A stretch of 63,993 bases of DNA, the filler included, from Basidiobolus ranarum (taxonomy: Eukaryota): NCBI GenBank assembly GCA_040143965.1. It is 6 parts of 6 records of this genome, joined end to end, with 100 filler letters (N's around TTAATTAATTAA, not from the genome) between each part and the next. Parts side by side here need not be neighbours in the genome. Positions count along the whole stretch, not along the records: positions 10,800 to 21,490 come from JASJQH010007552.1; positions 21,591 to 32,277 come from JASJQH010007553.1; 4 more parts are not named here. One strand, given 5' to 3'. Both the position numbers and the translations under genes were made by a program. Within the stretch, counting starts at the first letter, position 1; the number at the start of each line of letters is the position of its first letter. The notes beneath the pieces are model-generated. The model was not told where the DNA came from. It made no database searches and worked only from the letters and a program-made list of their open reading frames with translations. Of this stretch, positions 14,247 to 26,100 are shown piece by piece.

Positions 14247-15080
14247 CTAATTTGCATATACGTTGGTCAATTTCTTCTTTGAAGTGTAAAAATTCGATTC
14301 TGTTATGGGGGAGTGGGTTTTGGGTACTAACCTGAACTGTGGTAAGACGGGTAGTTGTTGATACTGATCTAGTATCTGACTTGAGGCATCTTGAATATCT
14401 TGTATACTAGCATCTACTACCTCCCACCAAGGTTTTCCCTCAACCGGATCCCCAAGCTTCTCATCAAGGTACTTCGATGCGATGTAAAGCGCAGCGGCTG
14501 CTACTATGTGTGGGCGATAAGTCACACATAAAGTTGTACGTAGGCTGTCATTTAAAAAAGCCCAAGCGGTTTGTGCCAGAGGTTTGGAGCCTTTTAATTC
14601 TCTAGTAAACCGCAGTAAACTAACATAAGGATGCTCTATCGCAAGATCAAAGCATATTGTCTCCATGACTATCTCTTCATTGTAAAGTATCATATCCCGC
14701 CACCTTTTAAACTCCTTAGAATCCTCCTCTACCAAAAGTTTGTCGTTCTTCTGAGCTTTTTGTACGCAAACTACTATCAGATCTTTCAGTTTTCGCAGAG
14801 TTTCTTCCACTTTCGTGGCGACGAAAAGGCACGTAGCCCCAATGTCATAGTAGTGGTAGTCTTTAAGAGATTGCCGCATGAAAAATCGATGTAAAAAGGT
14901 TGTGGCTGTAGCTAAAGTTAGTTGAGGAAGTTGTAAAGATCTACCCACGCTAACGATAAAATTACAGCCCTTAGCCCTCTCAATCAATTCTTTTTCGAAA
15001 GGAGTACCATCTTGTATCGAGGGGGTTTTTTCGATCTCCTCTCTTTTAAAGTACCATTGACAACTGTAAGGAGTAGACAT
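14247..15080 (-). CDS. Cyclin T/K family cyclin (Pch1-like, CDK9/CTD-kinase partner), intronless
   Basis: QWYF..EEIEKTPS..DG, LPQLTLATATTFLHRFFMRQS, ATCLFVATKVEE, ETICFDLAIEHPY, AWAFLNDSLRTTLC: two cyclin boxes. Confidence 0.93.
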   Translation of the reverse strand: MSTPYSCQWYFKREEIEKTPSIQDGTPFEKELIERAKGCNFIVSVGRSLQLPQLTLATATTFLHRFFMRQSLKDYHYYDIGATCLFVATKVEETLRKLKDLIVVCVQKAQKNDKLLVEEDSKEFKRWRDMILYNEEIVMETICFDLAIEHPYVSLLRFTRELKGSKPLAQTAWAFLNDSLRTTLCVTYRPHIVAAAALYIASKYLDEKLGDPVEGKPWWEVVDASIQDIQDASSQILDQYQQLPVLPQFRLVPKTHSPITESNFYTSKKKLTNVYAN

Positions 15081-15751
15081 AACTAGAGGAGGTAGAATGT
15101 GGAAGGATATCCTTAAAGTATAGGGTAGAGGAAGGAAGGGAAGTAAGGATATTTCGAGAAATCAGGTAGTAGCCTACTGGAGGACGCTTTTTTTTTGCCT
15201 AGATTACCCGTATATAAATCATAACCACTAAATTCGTGAGCTTCGTTAGTTTTTAATTTAAGTAATCAATTTAATTTTTATTAGAACCATCTATGAGGCG
15301 TGGCCAAATGATATTCATATTTCTGCAAAACGTATTCTTCACCAAAAATCTCCCTCATCACGTCTACTTGTGAATGTTCCGTCATCTTCGTCAAACACGC
15401 GTACCATATGTTACAGTTGATTTACCCTCTCAGTATTTATTGGAGACAAGCTAATCTGAAACTCTGTGCATCCGCCCGCAAATTTCATCAAAATTTTCAT
15501 CATCACATCACGTGCCTTACCTGGTTCCATAAAAGGAATGAAGTAATATCGTGTCAAATTTTTAGCTCTAAAAGTCAAGTTTATTTTCTTTATCAATCCA
15601 TACTACTTTGGAAAGCAACATCTCTATGTTCGATACAAGCAAAACACCTTATAGGAGAGGGTAGTGAAAGCCACTCAATATCATAATACTCTCTCCATAG
15701 CACAAGTAAGGTATTAAAAATCTCAATGTAGATAATAATAAGTGTAGTCCC

Positions 15752-16257
15752 TTAACCGAATAGATGATTATATAAAGCAGAGCCCATATTCACGACTGAA
15801 TCCAACGTAATATCGAAGCCAATATCCATCAATTCAGCTGCTTTTGCATCCAAATCCTCTTTCGAAAATTTTTTAAGTTCTCCTAGTTTCTCATCAGGAG
15901 ATTTTGGTGCCTGGCTCTTATTAGACTTGCTATTTGTATCAGCATCGATGCTTGTTGCTTTTTCAGTTCTAATAACCGATTGATGGAAGCAAATGGATTC
16001 TTATCATTTCCGAATGCTATTCTCAAACCTTTGGACTCCGAACCTTCATTATTGGTACAACCGGAGAGACTAGCAGTTGCCAATTGACCAGCTAAATACA
16101 GATCTTGAAGGCAATTCCAATCCACAGTAGGCTCAAAAGCAGGACTGAAATCCAAGATTGGATTGAATATCAATGAGTACTGTGGAACAGGTGCGGAAGA
16201 TATGGACCTTAGAGACAAAAGGTATGATAAGGAGATGAATAGGCTTGATACATACAT
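15752..16257 (-). CDS. Small secreted protein of unknown function; the C-terminus may continue in the -1 frame to 15752
   Basis: Signal peptide MYVSSLFISLSYLLSLRSISS then APVP. The called ORF stops at 15883, but an overlapping frame is open from about 16000 to TAA at 15752 (…DADTNSKSNKSQAPKSPDEKLGELKKFSKEDLDAKAAELMDIGFDITLDSVVNMGSALYNHLFG). Confidence 0.6.
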
Positions 16258-16786
16258 AGCGCTTTAAAGATGGTAGGAAAAAGAAATAAACGGACTTGAT
16301 CCATGTAGAACAAGTTCATAATGGTTTATATATAGTGGAGTTGAAGCATTCTTTATTACCGTTTCATCTCGCAAACATGTCGAAGAAGCACATATGATAA
16401 GAATTTTTAACTTGTGTAAGACTAAGCAATATTATAGCAAGAACCACAAGTCTCATGAAAAATCTCCGATCTCAATATTGTTTGCAGACAACATCTCTCC
16501 ATGCTTGTTACTGTTACAGAATTGATTCAATCATCAGCAATTGCTTCTATTCCGGGAAGTATTGTGAGTATATTTTAGAATGACATTTACATTCACTTGG
16601 CATCGGGGTGCTGACATAGAGGGGGAAACCTGTCAGTTCTGATCCATACATCAAACAAGCAAAGTATAGCTGAATATTGTTGTGCAAATTATGTGTGGTT
16701 GAATTTATTACGATCATACTTTAGATTATTTGCAATTAAAGATAACAAATTAGATTACCATTCTGTAAAGGAAAGTCATTGGTACA

Positions 16787-17881
16787 TCAGTCTATTACAA
16801 GACAATTAGGAATATCTACTTTGAGGTTCTTTTTGGCATCGAAGATTCCCCAACTGGTTTCCAGTTGATTGAACTGAATTTTCCATGGAGAATCAAATAC
16901 CTCAAAGTAAAAGTACGGAATCTGAAGGCGATTCGCTTTGCACAAGAAGTCGTTCAGAAATAACTGCTGATTATTTACATTTGGTATTGAACCTTGGTTG
17001 CGATCACCTCTGGTTGGCCAGCCTACTTCAGAAATAATCCCAGCCTTTGAAGGGGGGATCAAGGCTTGAATACTCTGCTTGAAGTAGCTCAGAGTCCAAT
17101 TACTGGCATCACTGACTATTGTGCCGGCGAAGTAGGGATGAATATTTGCCATTACAAGGTCTACTTCACTCACTAGCTCAGTATCAATGAGGGAACCAAT
17201 TTCACTTGTGAAGACAGGGATGTCCCAATTCTGCGCTCTCAAAGTATCTCTCAACTGTTTTAAGCGTCCGAACAGAGCGGTGTCATCCATCTCCTTACGA
17301 AATAGAACCTCGTTACCCAAAGATATACCATAGATGTTAGCAGTACCATATTTGCTCAATACTCTGATCAATTCTTTGGATTGCCTCTCATAGGTTACCG
17401 AATTGGAATCGATCCATACCGTGAGTACCACTTTCATATCAATCTTGAGCCTATGAATCGCTTCCAAAACGAATTCCCCTTGGTTGCAATCCATTCCGTA
17501 AAGTCTTACACGCTTAGTTAGCTGAGATAAGATCTTTATTTCATTCAAGACATCGTCACCGGTGACACCACACCTTGGGAATTGAGAGGACTGAGGCGTG
17601 TAACAGAGACCCCAAAAAGCGTGTCGCAGGTTTGAATCGTAATTTATGATTGTTGAAGAGGTTACAGTGAAGAATCGTTTGAATATATAGAAGCAAAGGA
17701 ACCCGGTTAGCGATAGAATTAAAATGAACAGGAACAAACATGAAAGGAACCACTTTCTGGTTTTTAAACTTTGTTTGGATGTGATGTGGGAAAATTTTAT
17801 GAATTCGCTAGTATTTGGCTGCTCCCTCTTTTCAACTGAAGAATTTATTGGAGGAATAGTGACTATTTCGGAGTTATCCAT
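16787..17881 (-). CDS. GH17 beta-1,3-glucanase/glucanosyltransferase, type II membrane (BtgC-like)
   Basis: N-terminal TM helix, then FWGLCYTP, SQLTKRVRLYGMDCNQ, GNEVLFR (acid/base Glu), MANIHPYF, ISEVGWPT (nucleophile Glu), YFYFEVFDSPWK, ETSWGIFD. Confidence 0.93.
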   Translation of the reverse strand: MDNSEIVTIPPINSSVEKREQPNTSEFIKFSHITSKQSLKTRKWFLSCLFLFILILSLTGFLCFYIFKRFFTVTSSTIINYDSNLRHAFWGLCYTPQSSQFPRCGVTGDDVLNEIKILSQLTKRVRLYGMDCNQGEFVLEAIHRLKIDMKVVLTVWIDSNSVTYERQSKELIRVLSKYGTANIYGISLGNEVLFRKEMDDTALFGRLKQLRDTLRAQNWDIPVFTSEIGSLIDTELVSEVDLVMANIHPYFAGTIVSDASNWTLSYFKQSIQALIPPSKAGIISEVGWPTRGDRNQGSIPNVNNQQLFLNDFLCKANRLQIPYFYFEVFDSPWKIQFNQLETSWGIFDAKKNLKVDIPNCLVID

Positions 17882-19079
17882 CTCTTGGTTGAGAGGAGTT
17901 TGTGACTGCTTCGCTAAGTTAAAGTTAGATAAAGGGTAGAGAGGTATAGATTTCTTTAGTTTAGTTGGTTAATGAATTAAATTGAATGTTACGATTGAGG
18001 ATGTCTTTTTAGAACAAAACACGACGTTTGATCTTAAGGTACAATTATATAGTGTAGGAATTTGAGGGAACATGCTATACTCATGTCCCAACTGACGGTA
18101 TGGAGAAAGGAAGCAACGTCATCTCGCTCAATCAACCATCAAAGTTTATTGTCTTCTCATCATGCACAACGAGAAAAGTGGCGTAGTAGAAGAGTCATCT
18201 GCCACGTGTCTTGGCTCTATCAAACATCCAAGTATCTAGAAGCAGATGTACGAATAAAGAGATGAATTAACTTCAGGTTTCCATTTAAGGAAATTTTTCG
18301 AAATTTAACCTTTCTGTTGTTTCATCAATGGTGTATTATTCCATCAGCATAAATATTAGCGATTGACGATATATCATTGAAAATAACTTACATGATGATC
18401 TCATCCGAGTTTGATTTTTGAGCATCAGTAACGGCAACCAGTACCAATCATTTTTAAAGAGTGGCTTAGTTCACTTAAAACTCAACTTCAACAAATCGTC
18501 CATCTCTGAAACGAGAATTTCCACTAAAAATGAAGGTGAGATGGTTGCTAAAGAAGCAGCAATGGAGCTGTATTTTCGCATGATTCTGATTAGTTAACTT
18601 TAAGCCAAAGTTAAGGAGTAATCAGAGTACTACTTGGCAATAACTTTGGATCAACTGCCAAGAACTATATAATTGTGGTCAAAACCAATCGCGAACGAGG
18701 GACAGTTGGCAAATTGCATGAAGAATACAGAGTTAGTGCCTATGGGAATACAACGCATGATTGCCCCATTTCATATCCGTGATGGCTAGAAACATGGAGT
18801 ATCATAGATATAATAGGACTGCTACTAATGGAATTACAAATCACGAAAATGTTTCATGAGATCGTACTCAACAAACTAATATAGCTTGTAAATTAGGAGT
18901 GCAGATCAGCACAAATCGGACGTGTAGATTTAAAACAATATGGTTCTGGAAGTCATTATCTTGACTATTGAAAGAAAAATTTTTGAAGTAATAATCTATA
19001 ATTTATTTCCACTGCGCAGTTGTTTGTATCATGGAGTTAAGAAAGTCGTGATGTGACCGAGAGAAACATAAGTTGAAGC

Positions 19080-19889
19080 TCAAACTCCGCATTGTAGCTT
19101 AGGATATTCTGACCAGCTAAGAGGTACATTGGGCAGGTTATATACATCAGACATCACATATCCTAAATTACTTTCGCTGATGGTGTACATTGGCGACTCA
19201 CCCAACACTGGATCACTTCCATCTTGATTGGAAGAGGAATCGATAACCCAGAGGCTTGGTTCAAGCTTTTTTATGTCAGTTACCCAAATGATATTTCTAT
19301 AAGGCATTGTTTTTTCAGACCAATGTACTGTCGAGTTAGCCTGGCACCACCCAAGAGGATAGGGAAAGCTTGCATCGATTCCGGGATATTCCATAGCATG
19401 GTACAGGATTCCTACGGTTTGTCTATTGAGAAATAGATGGCCATGCCACAAGTCCCATCTATTGAGCTCCACTGAAACATTTACTACACTCTTCAAACCA
19501 TTCTTCACACTGGTAAACAAGTTAGCCATGTACTGATCAACAGATGGGAAGTTACTTGAATAGACACTAGGATCTTTGGAAAGAGAACAGCGTCCAAAAG
19601 TTGAATATTCCCGCTTCGATTGCATGGCCAACACATTCTTGAAATCGCCAGGAACGAGCTGGTTCAAGAAAGTTTGAAATTCATTCTTGATGGGAGCGGT
19701 TGGCAATTTTGCAATGCGAATTGCGTGACCTACTTTGCTATTGGATGTTGGAGCATTGACCAATGACTCAATTAGCGAGTTACCCGGGTAGTTGAAGTTA
19801 CATTGATCATCTCTACGTTCCAAAGGTGCACACGTTACAACAGTAGAAAGTACAAGAAGATTGGAAACAGCATAGATCGAGAATTTCAT
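19080..19889 (-). CDS. Secreted protein of unknown function (269 aa, intronless)
   Basis: Signal peptide and APLERR Kex2-type propeptide. Conserved-looking core LNRWDLWHGHLFL...GILYHAMEYP...FPYPLGWCQ...RNIIW. Confidence 0.85.
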   Translation of the reverse strand: MKFSIYAVSNLLVLSTVVTCAPLERRDDQCNFNYPGNSLIESLVNAPTSNSKVGHAIRIAKLPTAPIKNEFQTFLNQLVPGDFKNVLAMQSKREYSTFGRCSLSKDPSVYSSNFPSVDQYMANLFTSVKNGLKSVVNVSVELNRWDLWHGHLFLNRQTVGILYHAMEYPGIDASFPYPLGWCQANSTVHWSEKTMPYRNIIWVTDIKKLEPSLWVIDSSSNQDGSDPVLGESPMYTISESNLGYVMSDVYNLPNVPLSWSEYPKLQCGV

Positions 19890-21490
19890 TTTGTTCCTGA
19901 GAAAAAGGGGTCAACTCTGTGTAAGAAGCAATAAGTTGGGATGATGACTACAGTATTTATATTCAAGCCTATGCAATATGGATCCATACTTTACAATGAT
20001 CAGCAATTTTTCTCAAGCTCCATTTTACTCATGTAGTGTTACATCAAACAGAGAATCATTGGCTTTGGCGGAACCAGAGTAGCAGAAGAAAAAAAGTCGA
20101 TTAATTTCGTTAGTATCCAACAAATCACAAAATGCGCCATTATGTAATATCGTAAATATACCCGTATAATTTGGGAATGGTCTTAAATTTCTTTTCCATT
20201 GTGTTGTTCATATGGTTATACTTAGCAACTGCTCTCTTCAGAGTGGGATGTATTAGATTTGGATTAAGTGGTGGCACATTTGTGGGGGACTATTTTAAAC
20301 ATCCACTACTTTCAAACAGGCGAATCATGGCTTCCATTGAAAAATTTAACGCTCAATTTGGGTGGTGGAGAAAGAATTCATGATTGTTATTAGTGCGTGA
20401 TGTTAATGACCTCTATATCTGTTTTATTTGGTCACAATATGAGATATAGTAATCGACAATATTAGCCAGATCGAAACGTACTGCTGCCTGATTTCGCACT
20501 TCATTATGTAATAGCCATAATGTCACCACTTAATATTTTAGGCGTAAATTGCCAATCCGGGGATACGAAAAAAACCCCGATAATTCGTTACGACAGGAGG
20601 TATCTTCTGGGCTCCATGTATCTATGCTTAAGTTTTTAATGTGTGTTTACCAATGTCTGGACAAGGTCTTTTGGGGCTTGTTGAAGATTATGAGCCGAAA
20701 ATTGATTCTACCTTTGATGGACGAACCACTTAATAAAGATTAAATAGCCATATACCTTCGATTCACAACATAACAACAGTGAGGATCTAGAGTTGGGATT
20801 GTCCTGTGTGACTGCAATATTACTGCTAAGCCACTCGATTGAAGTATTTCAATCAACAAATGTTTCAGAGCTTAATAATATTCACACTAATGTAAATAGT
20901 TAGCGTTGAAGTTTAGATCGCTGGTTTTCTAGACAGCTTAGATATATACTGACTATATGCAGATCAAAGGATAAGTAATTTGTGATTACTTGATCATCCT
21001 CACTTTTAGCATAATACAAAATATATGGAATGGAGACACAACTTTCTATTGGCTTGGAAAGAACTTCAAACTTTAGAGTTTATAAGTATAAATTAGGTAG
21101 TTTCCAAACAGAATGACTAGTCATTGATGCTGAAAAGCTTGAAATGAAGATTTATGAAGCTAATTATTGAGTATATATGTATACAAATATATTGTTTCTA
21201 AAATCAACTCATGTGCTGCACTTATTGCAAGCATGATATAAATCATATTTTGATGAGCCCCAAATGATGTTATCAGTACATCGTATGGTATGCTATTGGC
21301 TTGTATCCATTTCTGCATTCAATACCCACTACCTTTTTTGGTTACTTTGTATACACTACTCCACCCATAGCTACCATCCTCTTTCAAAAAATTGGCAACA
21401 TCAACTCCAATTCGTATCTGCTATAGTGTCTTACTTTATTTCATCTCAATTGTTATCATTTCTTTACTGACATAGGGTAGAGGGCCTGGT

Positions 21491-21590
21491 NNNNNNNNNN
21501 NNNNNNNNNNNNNNNNNNNNNNNNNNNNNNNNNNTTAATTAATTAANNNNNNNNNNNNNNNNNNNNNNNNNNNNNNNNNNNNNNNNNNNN
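21491..21590. other. Artificial contig linker
   Basis: N44-TTAATTAATTAA-N44. Confidence 0.98.
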
Positions 21591-21830
21591 TTCTGAAGTT
21601 GGTGCCTCAGAGGAAGATTCTGAAGTTGGTGCCTCAGAGGAAGATTCTGAAGTTGGTGCCTCAGAGGAAGATTCTGAAGTTGGTGCCTCAGAGGAAGATT
21701 CAGAAGCTGGTGCCTCAGAGGAAGATTCAGAGGTAGGTGTTTCGGAGGAAGATTCTCCAGAGGTTGGTGCTTCGGATGAAGACTCTCCTGAAGTTGGTGC
21801 TGCAGAGGAAGATTCTCCAGAGGTTGGTAC
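21591..21830. repeat. Coding minisatellite, 27-bp unit (TTCTGAAGTTGGTGCCTCAGAGGAAGA) with 30-bp variants
   Basis: Four near-identical 27-bp units next to the gap, grading into diverged 27/30-bp units. Confidence 0.95.
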
Positions 21831-22280
21831 CTGAGATGAAGACACTCCAGATGTTACTGTTGGCCCAGGAGTAGACTCACTTTCTATACCTGAAACAGAA
21901 GAATCTGGACATTTATTCGTAGAGGAGGGTATCTCACACTTGGTTTTGGAAGAAGTAGGCTTGCATTTGTCTGTGGTGGTATGCTCCTCGCTATCATCAT
22001 CACAGTCGTCGTCGTCATCGTCATCACCGTCGTCATCGCAGTCATCACCGTCATCATGGTCATCGTCATCACCGTCACAGTTATCATCATCATCATCAGT
22101 AGGCTCCTTACATTTGTCCTTATTTCCACCATCATGATTAAACATGTTGACATTGACATCCTTCACAACATTCTCGATATTCTCAAGAGCATGTGATCCT
22201 ACAGGACTAGATTGAGTAGTGGTTACAGCAATGGCACCGAGAGCTAGTAAGCAAAGAGAGTTGATTTTGAATGATTTCAT
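21591..22280 (-). CDS. Secreted mucin-like cell-surface protein with an Asp/Cys-rich tract and (SESSSEAPT)n repeats, 3'-truncated
   Basis: ATG at 22280 gives signal peptide MKSFKINSLCLLALGAIAV. A TATA-like TATATAAA lies about 65 nt upstream. Poly-Asp tract with spaced Cys, then repeats running into the gap. Confidence 0.85.
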
Positions 22281-23163
22281 AGTTGTTGAGGTATTGGACT
22301 GGTTGCAGTGAGTTGATATCCTTGACATACATGTCACAGGGTTTATATAGTCGAGCGAAGGCATATGTGGGGTATAGTAGTAACCAAAAATAAGATGTTT
22401 GTGGAGAAATGATATTAAGTTCTATATTTTAGCTTTTACTATTGCCTTTAAAATTATACTCCACATCCTTGGATGGAATGCATCGTTATTATTAACCTAT
22501 CAAACTCCTATGAAAGTGTTCGAAGAGAACTGATGGGAAACCGATATCGTTGTGAAGGATATTTTTGTTACAATCTGGCACTTACTAAAATAATAACACA
22601 GAGAGTCACTAAAATTAGATTTTTAATCTAAACTTTGCTATTCTCCTAAAATTAGCCAGTCAAACCTTCCAACTGATGTCGAAGCATAAATATACTCTCA
22701 CTTTACCCAGAATTACAAGCATGCTCGGGTAATGTATTCAATTTAGTAGCATTGCAATACAATACATATAAAACTCTCGATTTGGTATGTAAAGATGTAT
22801 CCAATCAGTCAACTCCATTTTTTGGAAAGCATTATAGGCATTTGATCTTTGAAATTCGCGCAAAAAATCCCTCTCATATTCTCTGTGATTCGTGACCGGT
22901 TTACCAACAAACGGAATCTTTTAGTAGATTGTTGGTAGAGAGCGAGCATTTTTTACAAAAACTAAACGTTCAAGTAACATTATAAAGAGTTCCTTTAAAT
23001 TGCCGCCTTTTTAAACCTGAAATTCCCAAAGTACTGTACTCCTTCGTGACAGTTTACTTTGTTCGCATTACTCTGTTTCAGTGGACCATTCTGATACAGT
23101 TTTTTCTTCGTATCTTATTGCATTCAATCTTTTCTTAGATACATTCAAATCACCTCTTAAGAG

Positions 23164-26100
23164 ATGGAGGAATGGTACGAATTTGCTACTATTTGTGATC
23201 CTAATCCCGCATCAGTGTTTCCTACTTCGGCCTGTGCTTTCGATCCACACGCAGAATTAGTCTGGGTTGGTGATGAGAATGTACGTGTATTTCACCTTTC
23301 CTTTTATATACCCCTATACTAGCAAATTTTTGCAGAGTTTATTAAACTGATGTGGTTGAAATTCCAAGGGACGGGTATGCTCTTATGATGTAGAAACTCT
23401 TGAAAAGTACACTAGCTTTAAAGGGCATACTGGGCCTGTCAGACAGATGATGATTAACGATCGGGCAATCATCTCTTTAGGACCAGATAGCATCCGTGTC
23501 ACCAATCGTCGAGGTGTTCCAAAAAAGATCGTTAGGTAGTATTTAAACGAGGTTTTGCCTCAATACCATTTATGTAGTACCTGCAACTAAATACCCATAT
23601 TTTACTTAGAGGAGATCATATCCACGACTTTCACGCTATGGTTACGTCTGATCTGCCTCAGTCGGAGGTATTTATCTCTGGTAACCAAAGTCGAACACTA
23701 GTTGTGAATCTAGATCGGGGTGCCATTATTAATCAAGTAAGTGGCTGTTGCAACTCCAAATCGCTCTACCCGGTCATTCACACCATTTTAGATTGACACT
23801 GATAGCGGTATTGTTGTCATGAAACGTTCGCGTCTGATTTGCTGTGGATCCACTTCAGGTGAAGTGACACTTCGTGATCCACGCACGTTTAAAGTTGAAC
23901 AAAGAGTTCAGGCACACACTGGAACTATTTCGGATTTGGATGTCAGTGGAAATCTGCTTTTGACGTGTGGATTTTCGCATAGGTAGTGGCGATATCATTC
24001 ACAAATACTATTCATATCGTTATCATTCCCATTAATGGCATTGCTCCATCTCTCCATAGAGCCGGCAGTCTCATCTGCGATCCATATGTGAAGGTTTATG
24101 ATGTTAGAACTATGAAGCCTTTGCCACCCGTACCCTTCTCTTTGGGGCCTACGATGATCAAATTCCACCCGAGATATTCTTCCTCTGTGCTTGTAGCTGC
24201 GCAGGGGGGACAATTTCAATTTTGCGACATTATTACTCCACCAATCGAAACGGACTATCAACAGGCATGGTTTCTATTGATTTCGGTGTAGCATCTCTGT
24301 TGGCTAACCTTACTCGCATAGGCAAATGTCAACGGCTATGTCAATTGTCTGGACATCTCCGCGTCTGGAGAATTTGTCGGTTTGGGCGACGCTTCAAATG
24401 TCATTCATATCTGGAGCGACCGTGATGAGCCGATCGTTAGTACTTACTCTAGACCTCTAGAGTTCCCAGATCCCATAGAATATCCTGAAGTTGTGGTAGA
24501 TGACTACAGGTACCCTTTTATCATATCCTTATTGGCATCACAGATGTGGCACCAACATTGCTTTCCTTTAGCCCACTGTCCTCCATCGGAATGCCTTACT
24601 ATACTGAGCCTCTACTATCCGTTTGGCCTTCCAATCTAACTTTCCCGGTAGGAAAGCCTGCACCCTCAATTGAGCCCGAAGTGTTGCAAAACATGAAGAC
24701 CATCGACTTTGTTGGATACGCACCTAATCCTCGCACTAGGCTTCGAAATCAAATCCCTCCAAGAGCAGGCAGGGATCGGAAAAGCTCCGATACACCCAAA
24801 TTTCGCTCCGAGCAAGAAAAGGACAGATCCTACAGACGTCTTAGAAAGAAATCTGAATTGGCATCACCAAAAGAAGAAGATATTCTTTTCCAAAACAACC
24901 CACTGGCCATATTTAAATTGTATCGTCGAGTGGAAATTAAATACAGTAGATTTGGTGTGGAGGATTTCGATTTTGGCTATTATAACAAGACTCATTTCTC
25001 GGGACTAGAGACACATATCACCAACTCTTACTGCAACTCGTTGTTACAAGTGTTGTTCTTCTTACCCACATTAAGAGACATCGCCAAATCTCACATCAAA
25101 TCCAATTGTCCAAAGGAGTTCTGCCTTCTCTGTGAGTTAGGATTCTTGTTTCGAATGCTTGAAGATGCTAAGGGAAGAAATTGTCAAGCCACCAATCTTT
25201 TACGTGCTTTTAGTACGATTCCTCAAGCTGTAGCGCTCGGTCTATTTGAGCCAGAGCAGCCTACTTCCGAGACCTCTTATTCCACTTTAATTCAAAATTT
25301 CAATCGATTTATTTTGGAGCAACTTCATCAAGAATCGAATGCTATGGGCCTTAATATTTGTGTTAGGAGAGATATGACAAGCACGGATCCCTCACTCCCT
25401 TCAGTTATTCAACAGGTTTTCGGTCTCAAAACGGTGTCATCCAACAAATGCTTGTGTGGTGCACAGATCGATCGTATCACATATCCCTTCGTGGTTGATC
25501 TCGTTTATCCAAAGAATTCCACCACCTCGTCTTCACCATCTCAGGCCAATACCTTCGCTGAGATTTTACAGTCCAGCATTTGTAGACAAACCCAAGCCAA
25601 AGCGTGGTGTAATTCCTGCCAAAGATACCAATCCAGTACGCAAAAGAAGAATCTTTTAGAGCCACCGGATGTATTCAGTGTGAACTGCTCGATTCTCTCC
25701 AAAAGCAACCAGGATCTTTGGAGAAGTTCAGTTGCGGAGAAAGGCACTGGAACAAATTCATGGTTACCTTTAGCAATACAGATTGAGCTGGATGGTGAAG
25801 AGATCAATATAACTAATGCCAATTTGCATGCCTCAAACCAAGATACGGAAGAAGAAATCTCGAAGAGTACTCAGCGTGCTACATACGAACTTTACGCAGT
25901 GGTCTCTCAAATTCAATTCGACAAGGAAGTTGCCCATCTGGTGGCCCAGATTAAAGTGGGAAAGAACGAAAACGGAGATGGAAAAAGTGAATGGTATCAT
26001 TTCAATGATTTCATGGTTAAAAATATACCTGAAGAAGAGGTGAACAACTTCAAGCATCCCTGGAAAACTCCATCGGTATTGTATTTCGTTCGCACAGATC

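Noticed and set aside
9968-22280. A large secreted/cell-wall gene cluster spanning CE4, GH17 and the mucin-like gene
   Set aside because: It crosses two artificial linkers. Only 10800-21490 is truly contiguous.
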